The notes: generated from the letters alone by a model not told the origin. 64,000 bases of DNA from an uncultured Chloroflexia bacterium (GCA_963828165.1 CAWHDR010000001.1:2016001-2080000); one strand, 5' to 3'. Positions 28,520-41,219 are shown, counted from the first letter of the stretch. Numbers and translations: made by a program.

Positions 28520-29656
28520 TCAGAGTCGGCGCTCGGCCGCCTCGACGGCGCGTCGACTCCACCAGGCGAGATCGTCGGCGGCCGACATCCGCGACGCGAG
28601 GACCACGCCGGCCTCGGCGTCGAGCGCCTTCCGCCACCCGCGCAGCAGCAAGCCCACGATCCAGGTCAGGTCCGCCTGGGCTTCCCAGTCGCCGGTCAGG
28701 CCGGCGAAGTCGTGCGCGTCGTCGCCGAATCCCCAGCGCCCGCTGTCCCATTCGAGCGCCTGGCGGTACTCCGCGACGATCGACTCCGGCTTGGCCGGGA
28801 GCGAGCCGCTGTTGGACACCAGGAACCAGCCAAGATCGACGGCGATCGGCGCGCGCAGCGTCATCTGCCAATCGATGAAGCCGACCCGATCCTCCGGTAG
28901 CAGAGCCACGTTGGCCAGCTTGAGATCGCCGTGCAGCCCGACGGATGGCAGCCGTCCGAGCGCATCGACCAGCGGCGTCGGGTCCGCCCCGAGGTCGTCC
29001 ACGAGCTTCCGCGCCGTCTCCGGCGCGCGCCGGTCGAACGCGTCCCAGCCCGCGAGGAAACGCTGGCCCACGGTGTTGCCCGCTGCCGCGTAGGACTCGG
29101 CCGAAGGTCGGGCCAGCAGCGTGAGGCGCTCCGCGAGCGGGCACCACGGGGGTGGCGGCTCGCCCTCGCGCTCGCTCGCCGATTCGAGCACCCGGCTCCA
29201 GGGCATCGCGTGGAGCCGCGCGACCGACTCGATGACCCGTCGGAGGGTCGGATCGTCGATCACCGGGTCGTGCCCGGGCCGCTCCCAGGCAATGAGCTCG
29301 GTCGAGAGGTCGGGCATGAGGATCGCGACGCCCTCGCCGTCGGCGGCGGCGCCGAGATAAGCGATCGACGTGCGCGGTAGCCATGCCATGACCTCGGTCG
29401 GGCGGGCCGCGAGCCAGCCCTCGCGCAGCTCGTCGTCGCGGGTTGCCTGGGCGATCCAGTCCGTGGCGACCGAAGTCCGCTTCAGGACGTAGTGCCGGCC
29501 GACCGGATCGATGAGGCCGGTGAAGGTCGCACCGGACCAGCCGTCGGTCGGGAACGCATGCTCGGGGCTCAGCTCGAGTCCGTGCTCGGTCAGCAGGTCC
29601 AGCAGGGTTCGATCGCGCCAACCCACGACCATCGGGTCAGCAGGGCGCCGGGACAT
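28520..29656 (-). CDS. APH/choline-kinase-family phosphotransferase
   Basis: GWSGA, YVLKR, LHGDLKLANV (Brenner motif), FIDWQ. Confidence 0.85.
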   Translation of the reverse strand: MSRRPADPMVVGWRDRTLLDLLTEHGLELSPEHAFPTDGWSGATFTGLIDPVGRHYVLKRTSVATDWIAQATRDDELREGWLAARPTEVMAWLPRTSIAYLGAAADGEGVAILMPDLSTELIAWERPGHDPVIDDPTLRRVIESVARLHAMPWSRVLESASEREGEPPPPWCPLAERLTLLARPSAESYAAAGNTVGQRFLAGWDAFDRRAPETARKLVDDLGADPTPLVDALGRLPSVGLHGDLKLANVALLPEDRVGFIDWQMTLRAPIAVDLGWFLVSNSGSLPAKPESIVAEYRQALEWDSGRWGFGDDAHDFAGLTGDWEAQADLTWIVGLLLRGWRKALDAEAGVVLASRMSAADDLAWWSRRAVEAAERRL

Positions 29657-30053
29657 CGTCGCTGCCGTCCGGCCCGCCGTCGAGGTACACGACGTGCGAA
29701 TCGGGGCAGTTCCGGGTCAGGACGACGACCAGTGGCTCGTCCGACGAGGCGTTCTCCTCGACGTGGACCTCGCCGGCCGGGATGTAGATGACGTCGCCGG
29801 TGCCGGCGCCCATCTCGTGCTCGGTGCCCGTCGGGCCCCACGTGTAGCGGGCCGTCCCGGACAGGATGTAGATCGAGGTCTCGCACTCGCCGTGGTGGTG
29901 GATGCGCGTCTTCTCGCCCGGCGCGGTCGACACCAGGGCCGTGTACAGCTGGTCGGCCCCGACCGTCGGCCGCGAGATCGCGATCGAACGCTCCATGCCG
30001 GGGTGCTGACCCACGGTCGTGTGCCGATCGTCGGGGCGGATGCGGGTGGCCAT
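29637..30053 (-). CDS. Cupin domain protein
   Basis: HHHGECETSIYILSG and GDVIYIPAGEVHVEEN. Confidence 0.88.
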   Translation of the reverse strand: MATRIRPDDRHTTVGQHPGMERSIAISRPTVGADQLYTALVSTAPGEKTRIHHHGECETSIYILSGTARYTWGPTGTEHEMGAGTGDVIYIPAGEVHVEENASSDEPLVVVLTRNCPDSHVVYLDGGPDGSDDVPAPC

Positions 30054-30083
30054 CGCCCGATGATAGGCCGCTACCATCCGACC

Positions 30084-31064
30084 ATGTCCGTCCCGGCACG
30101 CGAACTCCCGCGCATCCGGCTGTTCGATGCGCCGTCGCCACTCGCGCCGCTGCCTCGATTCTCCGCGGCCCTGGGCGGCCGTGCCGAGATCTGGATCAAG
30201 CGCGAGGACCTGCTGCCGCTCGCCTTCGGCGGCAACAAGCTGCGCAATCTCGAATTCCTCGTCGGCGCGGCACTGGCCGACGGGGCGGACACCCTGGTCA
30301 CGAGCGGGCGCCGCTGGTCGAACCACTGCCGCTTGACCGCGGCGGCCGGCGCCGCGGCGGGCCTCGCCGTGGAGCTGGTGCTGTCCGGGCCACCCACCTC
30401 CGTCCCCGGGCCCGGCGTACGGCTCATGCAGGCGCTCGGGGCGACGGTGCATCAGCTGCCCACCGCGGACCGGGCGGCGCGGGACGTGGAGGTGTCACGG
30501 GTGGCGGGGGATGTCGTCGCGCGTGGCGGGCGGCCGTACGTGATCGATGTGGGGGGCTCGGGCGTGCTCGGGGCGTTCGGCCAGTCGCTGGCCGGTCAGG
30601 AGCTGTTCGACCAGGCCGACGCCCTGGGTCTCACCGTCGATCGCATCGTCGTGCCGTCGGCCACGGGCGGGACGCAGGCCGGGTTGATCGTCGCGGCCGC
30701 CAGCCGCTCCCCGGCGACGCGTGTCGCGGGCGTGATCGTCGCCCGTCCTGCGTCCGAGCTGCGACCGGCGATCGGATCGATGGTCCGCGGCCTGGACTCG
30801 GACGCCGCCGCGGGCGTCGACTCGAACGAGGCGATCGATCTCGACGAGCGTGAGCTCGGCGACGGGTACGGGCGGCCGACGGCCGAGGCTGGCGCGGCGG
30901 GCGACCTCCTGGCCCGGACCGAGGGGATCCTGGTCGATCCGATCTATACGGCCAAGGCGCTCGCGAGCCTCGTCTCCAGGGTGCGCAACGGCGCCGTCGA
31001 CGGGCAACGGATCGTGTTCTGGCACGCCGGCGGCCTGCCCGGGATCTTCGAGCCGCTGGACTGA
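30084..31064 (+). CDS. D-cysteine desulfhydrase / ACC deaminase family PLP enzyme
   Basis: IKREDL..AFGGNKLR, SNHCR, SATGGTQAG, DPIYTAKA, FWHAGG. Confidence 0.9.
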   Translation: MSVPARELPRIRLFDAPSPLAPLPRFSAALGGRAEIWIKREDLLPLAFGGNKLRNLEFLVGAALADGADTLVTSGRRWSNHCRLTAAAGAAAGLAVELVLSGPPTSVPGPGVRLMQALGATVHQLPTADRAARDVEVSRVAGDVVARGGRPYVIDVGGSGVLGAFGQSLAGQELFDQADALGLTVDRIVVPSATGGTQAGLIVAAASRSPATRVAGVIVARPASELRPAIGSMVRGLDSDAAAGVDSNEAIDLDERELGDGYGRPTAEAGAAGDLLARTEGILVDPIYTAKALASLVSRVRNGAVDGQRIVFWHAGGLPGIFEPLD

Positions 31065-31100
31065 CGCCCGACATTCCCTGATGGGGCGTCGGCGAGAGAG

Positions 31101-32293
31101 TCACTCCCCGGCGGACCGCCACGCGTCGCGGATCTTCATCCGGCCCGCCGTCTGGAGCACCGCGCCGGCGTAGACCCGCGCGCCGATGTTGAACAAGACC
31201 CAGATCCCGGCCACCGTGACCACGACCGACAGCAGGATCTCGAGCGGTCCGATCGCATCGAATGCCGCGCGCAACGGAACGACGAACGGCGCTGACGGCG
31301 GCAGGTACGTCGCGACCTGGGCGATGGGTCCGGACGGATCGTTGGTCACGGCGAAGATCGCCACGAAATAGCTGATCATCGCGACCATCGTGACCGGCGT
31401 CGATGCGTTCGATGCCTCCTCCATGCGCGACGCCAGGGCCCCGAGGAAGCCGAGCGCGGTGGAGTACAGCGCGTAGCCGAGGATGAACCAGAGCACCAGC
31501 AGCGGGATCGCGGCCGGCGTGGTGTCGGGCAGCCCGAAGCGGTCCGTTAGCACGGCCGCCCCGAGCGCCGCGGCGACGAAGACGGCCAGCTGGATCAGGC
31601 CCAGGACACCGATGCCCATGACCTTGCCCATGAGGAGGTCGCGCGGGCGAACGGTCGAGAGGACGACCTCCACGACGCGGCTCTGCTTCTCTTCCACGAC
31701 GCCAGTGAGCACCGTGAACCCGAAGCTGAAGATGCCCACGAGGATCAGCACGGCGCCGATGTTCGCGAACAGGAACTGCGCCTCGTCCGCCTCGGTCTGC
31801 GGGTCCAGCGCATGGACGGTCGGTGATCGCTGGGCGGCAAGCATCTCCGCTGGCGGGACGCCCGCCTCGGTCACCACGGCCTGCGTTCGCAACGCGACCA
31901 CCGAAGCCGTTACGAGCTGGGTCACGAACTGGTCCGGTTCCTCGTCGAAACGGATCTCGCCGGGACCGGACAGGTCGGCCGGCACGATCGCGACGCCTTC
32001 GACGGACTCGTCCGCGAGCGCCGCGTCTCCGGCGGCTTCGTCGGCGAACGGCACGATCTCGACGTCCCGGTCGAGCTGGCCCGCGGTCGTGGTGATCGCG
32101 AGGCTCAAGCCGGGCGGCTCCGGCTGGACGACCCCGATCTTCGTCGCGGCGTCGTCGCCGAACAAGAGCGTCGGTACGACGAACGACCCGACCACGAGCA
32201 CGGTGGTGAACGCGACCGAGAGGATGAAGCCGCGACTGCGACCGCGCTCGATCATCTCGCGCCGGGCGACCAGCCAGACGCTCCGCCAGCGGC

Positions 32294-32297
<4 letters not shown>
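31101..32297 (-). CDS. ABC-2 exporter permease
   Basis: GVVEEKQSRVVEVVLS, LLMGKVMG, multiple TM helices. Confidence 0.9.
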
Positions 32298-33214
<917 letters not shown>

Positions 33215-33272
33215 GTGTCCCCCCGTGTCGCGCGCGGCGCTCTCGGCAGGCTCCGAGGATACCCAACGAAGA

Positions 33273-33303
33273 AGACCCCGGCCTGTGCAGCAGGCCGGGG
33301 TCT
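33273..33303 (-). terminator. Intrinsic terminator after the cupredoxin gene
   Basis: 13-bp stem AGACCCCGGCCTG / CAGGCCGGGGTCT, followed by TCTTCGTT on the minus strand. Confidence 0.7.
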
Positions 33304-33323
33304 GGAGCGGAGCGAGAGCGAGG

Positions 33324-33722
33324 CTATCCCGCGGTGAGCGTGCCTTTCATTTCCGGATGGACTTCGCAGAAGAACTCGTAGGCGCCGGCGGCGAGCGCCG
33401 GAACGTCGTACGTGATCGCCGCGGAGGTCACGATCTCACCCTTGAACTTGACCGCACCCGAGGCGTCCTTGATGGCCACGTTGTGGGGTGCGGACTCCTG
33501 GTTGTCCAAAGCGATCTGGAACCCCTCGTCCGCGGGTGCCGCGATCGACGCCGTGGAGAACTTGAGGTCCTTGGCGCTCACGGTGATGGCGTCGCCCGCC
33601 GGGGCGGAGGCGGCCGGCGCGGAGGCTGCCGGCGCTGAGGCCGAGGCCCCGGATCCACCGGAACAGGCGGCGCTGGTGATGGCGAGGGCCACGAGGCCCA
33701 GGCCCAGGACGAGGCGCTTCAT
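33324..33722 (-). CDS. Cupredoxin (plastocyanin-like) lipoprotein
   Basis: Lipobox SAAC, PHNV, CEVHPEMKG type-1 copper ligands. Confidence 0.9.
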   Translation of the reverse strand: MKRLVLGLGLVALAITSAACSGGSGASASAPAASAPAASAPAGDAITVSAKDLKFSTASIAAPADEGFQIALDNQESAPHNVAIKDASGAVKFKGEIVTSAAITYDVPALAAGAYEFFCEVHPEMKGTLTAG

Positions 33723-33781
33723 CGGTTCGGACTCCTTGTCGGATGAGCGCGGCCGGGTTGACTCCCGGCCGCACCATTTCG

Positions 33782-34207
33782 TCAGGCGCCGGCACCCTCG
33801 GTGCGGCGGCCGGTGACGAGCCTGGCGAAGGACGCCATCTCGCGCTTGACCACGGCGATCGGGTTGCCGTCCATCCGGGCGAAGTCGACGGCGACCAGGA
33901 CGATCAGCGCGACCTCGATGGCCTTGGCGACGTAGGCCGTCTGGTAGTACGGGCCCTGGATCGCCCAGCCGAGGATGGTCGTGAAAGCGTAGCCGATAAG
34001 GCCGAGACGGACGACCCAGCGGAACCGGACCGCAAGGGCAAGCGGCACGATCATCGCGACCGCGGCGACGAGGTAGCCGATCGCGTTCAGCGTGAACAGG
34101 AGTCCGCCCAGGGTCGAGTGGATGTATCCGGTGGCCAGCGCCAGGCCGACGATGGCGGCGCGGATGACGACGTCGGACGTGCGGAGCTGCGTTCGGGAAG
34201 CGAACAT
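33782..34207 (-). CDS. Small multi-pass membrane protein, unknown function
   Basis: About four hydrophobic helices; ATGYIH and KAIE motifs; co-oriented with the cupredoxin gene. Confidence 0.7.
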   Translation of the reverse strand: MFASRTQLRTSDVVIRAAIVGLALATGYIHSTLGGLLFTLNAIGYLVAAVAMIVPLALAVRFRWVVRLGLIGYAFTTILGWAIQGPYYQTAYVAKAIEVALIVLVAVDFARMDGNPIAVVKREMASFARLVTGRRTEGAGA

Positions 34208-34434
34208 CTGTGTCGGGACCTCGCTAGGTTGTGACCGGTCAGGGGTGCCGTGTCGTGCCGATATCGTCCGGGCGGCATGGGCCGAACGCGCCCGACAAGG
34301 GACACCAGCCGACCCGGACACTCGCCCTCGCCGCTGTGCCGTCGCTGGTCGACCCTCGCCTCGGCCGGATGACGTAGCTGCCTCGGCCGAGAGGCGATGC
34401 CCGCTCGTGGCGGACCCGTCGTATCCTCGCGCCG

Positions 34435-37400
34435 ATGGCCGCTCCCGCCCGTCCGCCCGGTCCGATCGAGCCTGTTCCTACCCCGACCGACCCCGACGGC
34501 GGGGCGGGCGGGATCCACGAGCTGCTGTCGGTCGCCGTCGAAGAGGCGGCCCGGCTCCTCGACGCCGACGGCGCGATGGTCTACCTCATCGACCCGGCCA
34601 CCGGGAACCTGCGTTTCGCGCACGACGCGGGCATCCGCAGCGAACGCAGCCGCGAATGGGTCCGCGGCCTCGAGCTGGCCCCCGGGACCGGGATGTTCGG
34701 GCGAGCGCTGGTCGAGCGTGCCATCGTGGTCACGAACGACTACCAGAACGACCCCTCGTTCCGCCATGCCACCCAGACCGACCGCGTCGTCGAGGACATC
34801 GGCATCCGCTCGATGGTGGTCGCGCCACTCGTTGCGGGCGACCAGGTGTTCGGGGCGATGGGCACCTTCTCCACGCGCGCGGAGGCCTTCGAGCAAGGCG
34901 CAGATCGCCCTCGTCCGCGCGCTGGCCGATCATGCGGCCGCCGCCATGGCGAACATCCGCCTGATCGAGGAACTCGACCGATCTCGGAAGGAGCTCGCGC
35001 AGCGGGCCGAGGTCGAGCGAACGCTGCGCGAGATCAACGCCCGCATCTCGGCCGCGGCGGATCTTTCGAGCGTGCTGCAGCTCGCCGTCGACGAGGCCGC
35101 CCGGCTGCTGGGGGCCGACGGCTCCCGGATCGACCTCGTCGATCCCGGGTCGGGGCTGCTCCGTTGGGCGTATGCGTCGGGCGAGGTCAAGCCGGTCGAC
35201 GAGGCCAGGTATATCGATCCCGAGGAGACTCCCGAGCAGGGCATCGCCGGCCAGGCGATGGCCCAGGCGCGGCCCATCTGGACGGGCGATTACACCGCCG
35301 ACGACGGCTTTCCGCACGGGACCGGCGGCGATGCGTACGTGGCCGAATTCGGCATCCATTCGGTCATGGCCGCGCCGCTGGTCGGGGAGGCCGGACCCTT
35401 CGGTGCCCTGTCGATCTTTTCCACGCGCACCGACGCGTGGCGAGACGCGGATGCCGGCCTGCTCGAGTCGATCGCCGCGCAGGCCGCCATCGCCATCACC
35501 CGGACCCAGCTCCTCGAAGAGCTCGACCGGTCCCGCGGCGCGCTCGCACGCCGGGCTGGGGCGGAACAGGCGCTGCGCGAGATCGCCGCGCGCATCACCG
35601 CGATGCGAGATCCGTCCGAGATCCTCCAGCAGGTCGTGGAGCTCGCGAGCCGCCTGGTCGGCGGACAGGGGGCCATCCTCGACATCCTGGAGCCGGGCAC
35701 CGACAAGCTGCGCTGGGCGTTCGATGACGGACTGCGGCGGCTTTTCAGCGACGAGGAACGCTCGAATCTGTGGATCTCGGTCGGGGAGGGCGCCACCGGG
35801 ATGGCGGTCGCCGAGGACCGCGTCGTGATCGCAGGCGACGACCTGGCCGCGCAGTTCCCGCCAAGCCCCGAGTCGACGCAGTTCTACGACCGGACCGGCT
35901 TCCGCTCGATGATCGCGGCGCCGATCACCGGGGAGCACGGCCCGCTCGGGGTCATCGAGGTCTATGCGGTCGTGGCGGACGCGTTCGACGGCGAGGATGC
36001 GGCGCTCATCCGGGCGCTCGCCGGGCAGGCGGCGATCGCGATCACCAATGCGCGGCTCATCGACGAGCTCGAACGGTCGCGCGAGGAGACGGCCCGGCGC
36101 GCCGACGCCGAGCGGACCCTCCGCGAGATCGCGGTCCGTGTCTCGTCGATCCTCGACCCCGATACGGTCCTGACCCGGATCGTCGCAGAATCCGCACGCC
36201 TTCTTGGCTCCGACGGTGCGCGGATCGACCTGTGGGACGAGGAGCTGGGCTCGCTGCGCTGGGCCTACGCCTCGGGCGACGCGATGTCCGAAGTGCCCGA
36301 ATGGGGGCGGACCGGTGGGCTCAAGCCGCGCCAGGCCGTGGCCGGCCTCGCCTTCGCCGAGCAGAAACCGATCATGACCCAGGACTACCTGGCCGACGAC
36401 CGGTTCGAGACCACGCCCGAGATCGAGGCGTTCGTGCGCAAGGCCGGCATCCGCGCCGTGATCGGCGTGCCGCTGACCGGTGAGGGCGACGCACCGCTCG
36501 GCGTGCTGTCGGTCGTGTCCCGCGAGCCCGGCGCCTACACCGCGACCGAGGTGGAGCTGCTGACCGCCCTCGCGACGCACGCGTCGATCGCGATCACGAA
36601 CGCGAACCTGATGGAGCAGCTCGCCCGCTCCCGCCAGGACATCGAGCGTCGCGCGGAGGCCGAGGCCAGCCTGCGCCAGATCGCGGCCCGGATCACGGCC
36701 CTGCGCGAGCCGGATGAGGTCCTCCAGCACGTCGTCGACGAGGCGCGACGCCTGTTGCGCGCCGACGGTGGCCTGATCGACCAGTACGACCCTGAGAGTG
36801 GCACGCTCCAGTGGGCCTACGACGCCGGACTCGAGCCCGACCAGCGCGAGGCGGTCAAGATGACCAACCTGCGCCTGGGCGAAGGCGTCTCAGGCAAGGC
36901 CGTGGCCGAGGCCCGGGTCATCCACGCCGGGGACTACCTGGCCGGCGATTTCCAGCACGACGCGCTGGCGGATTCGCTCGTCGAGCGGGCCGGTGTCCGT
37001 GACCTGATCGCGGCGCCGATCATCGGAGAAGCCGGCCCCCTGGGCGCGATCGAGGTGCTGAGCCGCCGGCCGAACGCGTTCGACGATCTCGACGCGGCCG
37101 TGCTCGGAAGCCTGGCCGAGCAGGCGGCCATCGCCATCACGAACGCCCGGCTGATCGACGAGCTGGAGCGGTCCCGACTGGCCCTCGCTCGCCGGGCCGA
37201 AACCGAGCGGTCGCTCCGGGACATCACGGCCCGGATCGCGGCGCTGACCGACCCGGATGAGGTCCTCGAGCGGGTCGTCGAGGACGCGAAGCGCCTGCTC
37301 GCGACGGACGGCGCGCACCTGACCCGCATGGCTCCCACCGGCACGTACCTCATCCCGGTCGTGGTGACCGGCGCCAGCGATGACGCGACGCGCGAGTGGC

Positions 37401-39949
37401 TGATGAGCAAGCGGTTCCCGCTTGGAGCGGGGATCAACGGCCTCGCCGCACAGGAGGGAACACCGGTCTGGACCTTCGACTACCTGGCGGACCCGCGCAT
37501 CCCGCACGAACCGGACGACGACTTCACGGCCGAGCGGCTGGGCCTGCGAGGCATGGCGTCGACGCCGTTGCGCGCGCCCGGTGGCGACGTCATCGGCACA
37601 CTCGCCATCTCGACGGCGGAGCCGCGCACCTTCGAGGCCGACGACCTGGACCTCCTCCAGGGCCTCGCGGATCAAGCGGCCATCGCCCTGACGAATTCGA
37701 ACCTCCTCGCCCGACTGACCCAGGAAGAGGCGCGTTTCCGGGGACTGGTCCAGACGACCCCGGACGTGATCTGGCACGCGGATGGGAACGGGACCTTCAC
37801 CTTCATGGCGGACTCGGCGGAGGCCCTCTTCGGCTGGCCGGTCGACGAGATCGTCGGGCAACACTTCGATTTCCTGACCGAACCGTCGTCGATGCCGGTC
37901 GCCCTCGAGGCGTACGGGGCCGTCGGGGCGGAGCCGGGCCGCGTCGAGCGGGTGCCGCTCATCCTGGTCCGTCGCGACGGGTCGAGATTCGCCGCGGAGG
38001 TCACCACCACGGGTGTCTTCGAGGACGGCGTCTGGGTCGGTGCGCAGGGCACGGTCCGGGACGTCAGCGAGCGGGAACGGCTCGAGCGCGAGCTGCGCCA
38101 ATCGGAGGAGCGCTACCGGTTCCTCGTCCAGAACGCTCCGGATCTCGTCTGGTCGATCGGACCGGACGCGCGCATCACGTTCCTGTCGGACGCCGTCGAG
38201 CGGCTGACCGGTTTCCGCCCGGAGGAGCTGCTCGGCGAGCATTTCGGGGCCATCGTCCATCCCTCGTCGCGCGACGTCGCCGAGATCGACTGGACCGCTG
38301 CGATGAACGCGCCGTCCCAGGAGGTCCGCGGGCGGATCAGCCTCCAGCACCGCGACGGGTCGGCGGTCCCGGCCGAGTTCATCGCCGTCGCCGCCCTCGG
38401 CGCTGACGGCGATTTCGCGGGAGCGAACGGGTCCGTCCGCGACATGCGCGAGCGCGACCGGCTCGAGCGCGAGCTGCGCGCATCCGAGGACCGCTACCGG
38501 ACTCTCGCCTCGTCGTCGCCGGACCTCGTGTTCGCCACGGACGCGGAGGGTCGGTACACGTTCCTGTCCGACCGGGCCCAGACGACGCTCGGCTGGGACC
38601 GCACGGCCGCACTCGGCCGTTCGTTCATGGCATACGTGGCTCCGGGCTTCGAGGCGGCCGCCGCCGCGAGCTACCAGGCCGTCCTGGCCGATCCCGAACA
38701 GGTCCATTCGGCGCGGGTGGATTTCCTCGACGGGTCGGGGCAACCGGTCCAGCTCGAGATCAACGTCGTCGGCAAGGTCGAGGACGGCGCGCTGGTCGGG
38801 ATCAACGGGGTCGCGCGTGACGTGTCGGAGCGGGAGCGGCTCGAGCGCGAGCTGATGCGGTCGGAGGAGCGCTATCGGTTCCTCGTGCAGAACTCGCCGG
38901 ACGTCGTCTTCGCGACGAACGTCGAGGGAAACTTCACCTTCATCTCGGCCGCCATCGAGCGGCTCACCGGCCATCCCGCGGCCCAGCTCATCGGGAAGCA
39001 TTTCGGGACGATCGTCGAGTCGGAGGACGCCCAGGTGGCGGGCGGCCGTTGGGAGGCGCTCTCCAGCCACCCGGACCAGGAGGTCCAGACCGCCCAGGTC
39101 CTGCGTGGTCGCGACGGCCGCCATACCCCGGTCGATGTCCGAGCGGTGGGCGTGTGGGTGGACGGGGCGTTCGCAGGCATCCAGGGCGCGGCGCGCGACG
39201 TGAGCGACCAGGTCCGACTGGAGCGGGAGCTACGACGCCAGGCCGGGGAGCTCGCCGCCGGCGAGGAGCGCGCCCACCTCGCACGGGAGCTGCACGATTC
39301 GGTCACCCAGGCGCTGTTCTCCATGACCCTCGTGGCGCGCTCGGTCGAGATGCTGCTGGAAACGGACCCGGACACCGCACGGACGCACCTGACCCAGCTG
39401 CGCGAGCTCCAACGGGAGGCGCTCGCGGAGATGCGCGCCCTCATCTTCGAGCTTCGGCCCGGCAACCTGGAGCAGGATGGCCTGGTCAGGGCGGTGAAGA
39501 CCCACAGCGCCGCGCTCCAGGGCCGGCTCGGGCTCCCGGTCGTCGTGGAGAGCGACCTGGAGGATCGACTGCCGCTGGCGGCCGAGGAGGTCCTGTACCG
39601 CATCGCCCAGGAGGCGCTGCACAACGTCGTGAAGCACGCGGCCGCCCGGCAGGTGCGCGTCGACATCCGCCAGCACGACGGCGGCATTCGGCTGCGGGTG
39701 AAGGACGACGGCAAGGGATTCGATCCGTCGACCGTGCCCGACGGCCACCTGGGGCTCGCGGGCATGCGGGCTCGGACCGAGCGGGTCGGCGGCACGTTCA
39801 CGTGCGTGAGCGAACCCGGGTCGGGGACCGCGATCGAGGTCACGCTCCCTCCGGCCGTGCTCGCGGACCTGCAGGCGGTGGCATCGGCCGGTGAGGTCGC
39901 GGGACGTCCCACCCCACCCGCGGGGACCCCCTCGATCCGCGACGGATGA
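34435..39949 (+). CDS. Giant cytoplasmic sensor histidine kinase (6 GAF + 4 PAS + HisKA_3 + HATPase); +1 frameshift near 34891
   Basis: First GAF lies in frame 34435 and continues in frame 34397 after TTC-G-AGC. EERAHLARELHDSVTQ H-box, QEALHNVVKHA, DDGKGF, GLAGM. TATCCT at 34422 supports the start. Confidence 0.9.
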
Positions 39950-40036
39950 CGTAGATCCGGTTCGGTCGTTCCGCCGAGGTCATCTCGGTCGAAGGTCGCT
40001 TTCGCTCCCCGAGGCTGCGGCCGCACCATCTCCGCC

Positions 40037-40444
40037 ATGCCCCCCGCTGACGCCCGGTCCGACGAAGCTGCGCCGCTGCGCATCCTCGTCGTCGATGCCG
40101 ATGACCGGGTTCGCGAGAGCCTGACCGGGTTGCTCGCCATCGGCGAGCGGGTGCTCATCGTCGGCAGCTCCGGCCAGTCCGGAACGGCGCTCGCCCTGGC
40201 GCGCGAGCATCGACCCGACGTCGTGATCGTCGACCCGCGCCTGCCCGAGGTCGACGGTGGACTGAGCTTCATCGCCGGGGTCCGGCAATGGTGTCCGGAC
40301 ACGCGCATCCTCGCCATGAGCTGGTCCGACGCGCTCGAGCGCCAGGCCCTCGACGGCGGAGCCCACGGCTTCGTCCGCAAGACCTTCCGCCCCGCTGAGC
40401 TGATCGCCGCGATCCTCGCGGCCGGCCGGCCCGCCGATGCCTGA
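40037..40444 (+). CDS. Single-domain response regulator
   Basis: RILVVD, PDVVIVD, GFVRK receiver pattern; no output domain. Confidence 0.85.
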   Translation: MPPADARSDEAAPLRILVVDADDRVRESLTGLLAIGERVLIVGSSGQSGTALALAREHRPDVVIVDPRLPEVDGGLSFIAGVRQWCPDTRILAMSWSDALERQALDGGAHGFVRKTFRPAELIAAILAAGRPADA

Positions 40445-41189
40445 GGAGACCGCTTTGCTAGACTCGACGCTGTCCCCAACGTCCCCGCCAGACACCAGCG
40501 GCGCGAGTGCGCCGGGAGCCGACGTGACAGACGACGCCCCGATCCGTGTGCTCATCGTCGACGACCACGCGGTCGTCCGGACGGGTCTCAAGGTGTTCCT
40601 CGATCTCCAGACGGATATCGAGGTCGTCGGCGAGGCGGCAGATGGCTCCGAGGGCGTGGCGATGGCCCGCCGACTCCAGCCCGATGTCGTGCTGATGGAC
40701 CTGCTGATGCCGAACATGGACGGCATCACCGCGATCGGCCGGATCAAGGCCGAGCACCCCGAGATCGAGATCGTGACGATGACCTCCTTCATCGAAGAGG
40801 AGAAGGTGACCTCGGCCCTGGAGGCGGGAGCGTCGGGCTACGTCCTCAAGGACGCGGAGGCCGAGGAGGTCGCCGCGGCCGTGCGCGCGGCCCATGCGGG
40901 CGAAGTCCACCTCGACCCAGCGGTCGCGCGCCTGCTTGCCCAGCGGATGCGTGACCGCAAGTCCCCCAAGGACGAGCTGGCCGAGCCGTTGACCGATCGC
41001 GAGAAGGACGTGCTCCGCCTGCTGGGGCAGGGGATGTCCAACAAGGACATCGGCTCGACGCTGTTCATCACGGAGCGCACCGCCCGCACGTACGTCTCGA
41101 ACATCCTGGGCAAGCTCGGTCTCGCGTCACGGACGCAGGCGGCGCTGTACGCGGTGGAGCACAAGCTCGTCGACGCGCCCGGCGCCTGA
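40437..41189 (+). CDS. NarL/LuxR family response regulator
   Basis: VLIVDDH, DVVLMD, GYVLK, LTDREKDVL HTH. True start may be GTG 40524 (GGGAG RBS). Confidence 0.95.
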   Translation: MPEETALLDSTLSPTSPPDTSGASAPGADVTDDAPIRVLIVDDHAVVRTGLKVFLDLQTDIEVVGEAADGSEGVAMARRLQPDVVLMDLLMPNMDGITAIGRIKAEHPEIEIVTMTSFIEEEKVTSALEAGASGYVLKDAEAEEVAAAVRAAHAGEVHLDPAVARLLAQRMRDRKSPKDELAEPLTDREKDVLRLLGQGMSNKDIGSTLFITERTARTYVSNILGKLGLASRTQAALYAVEHKLVDAPGA

Positions 41190-41219
41190 ACCCCGGGCTG
41201 CCAGGGCGCGCGACCCGAG

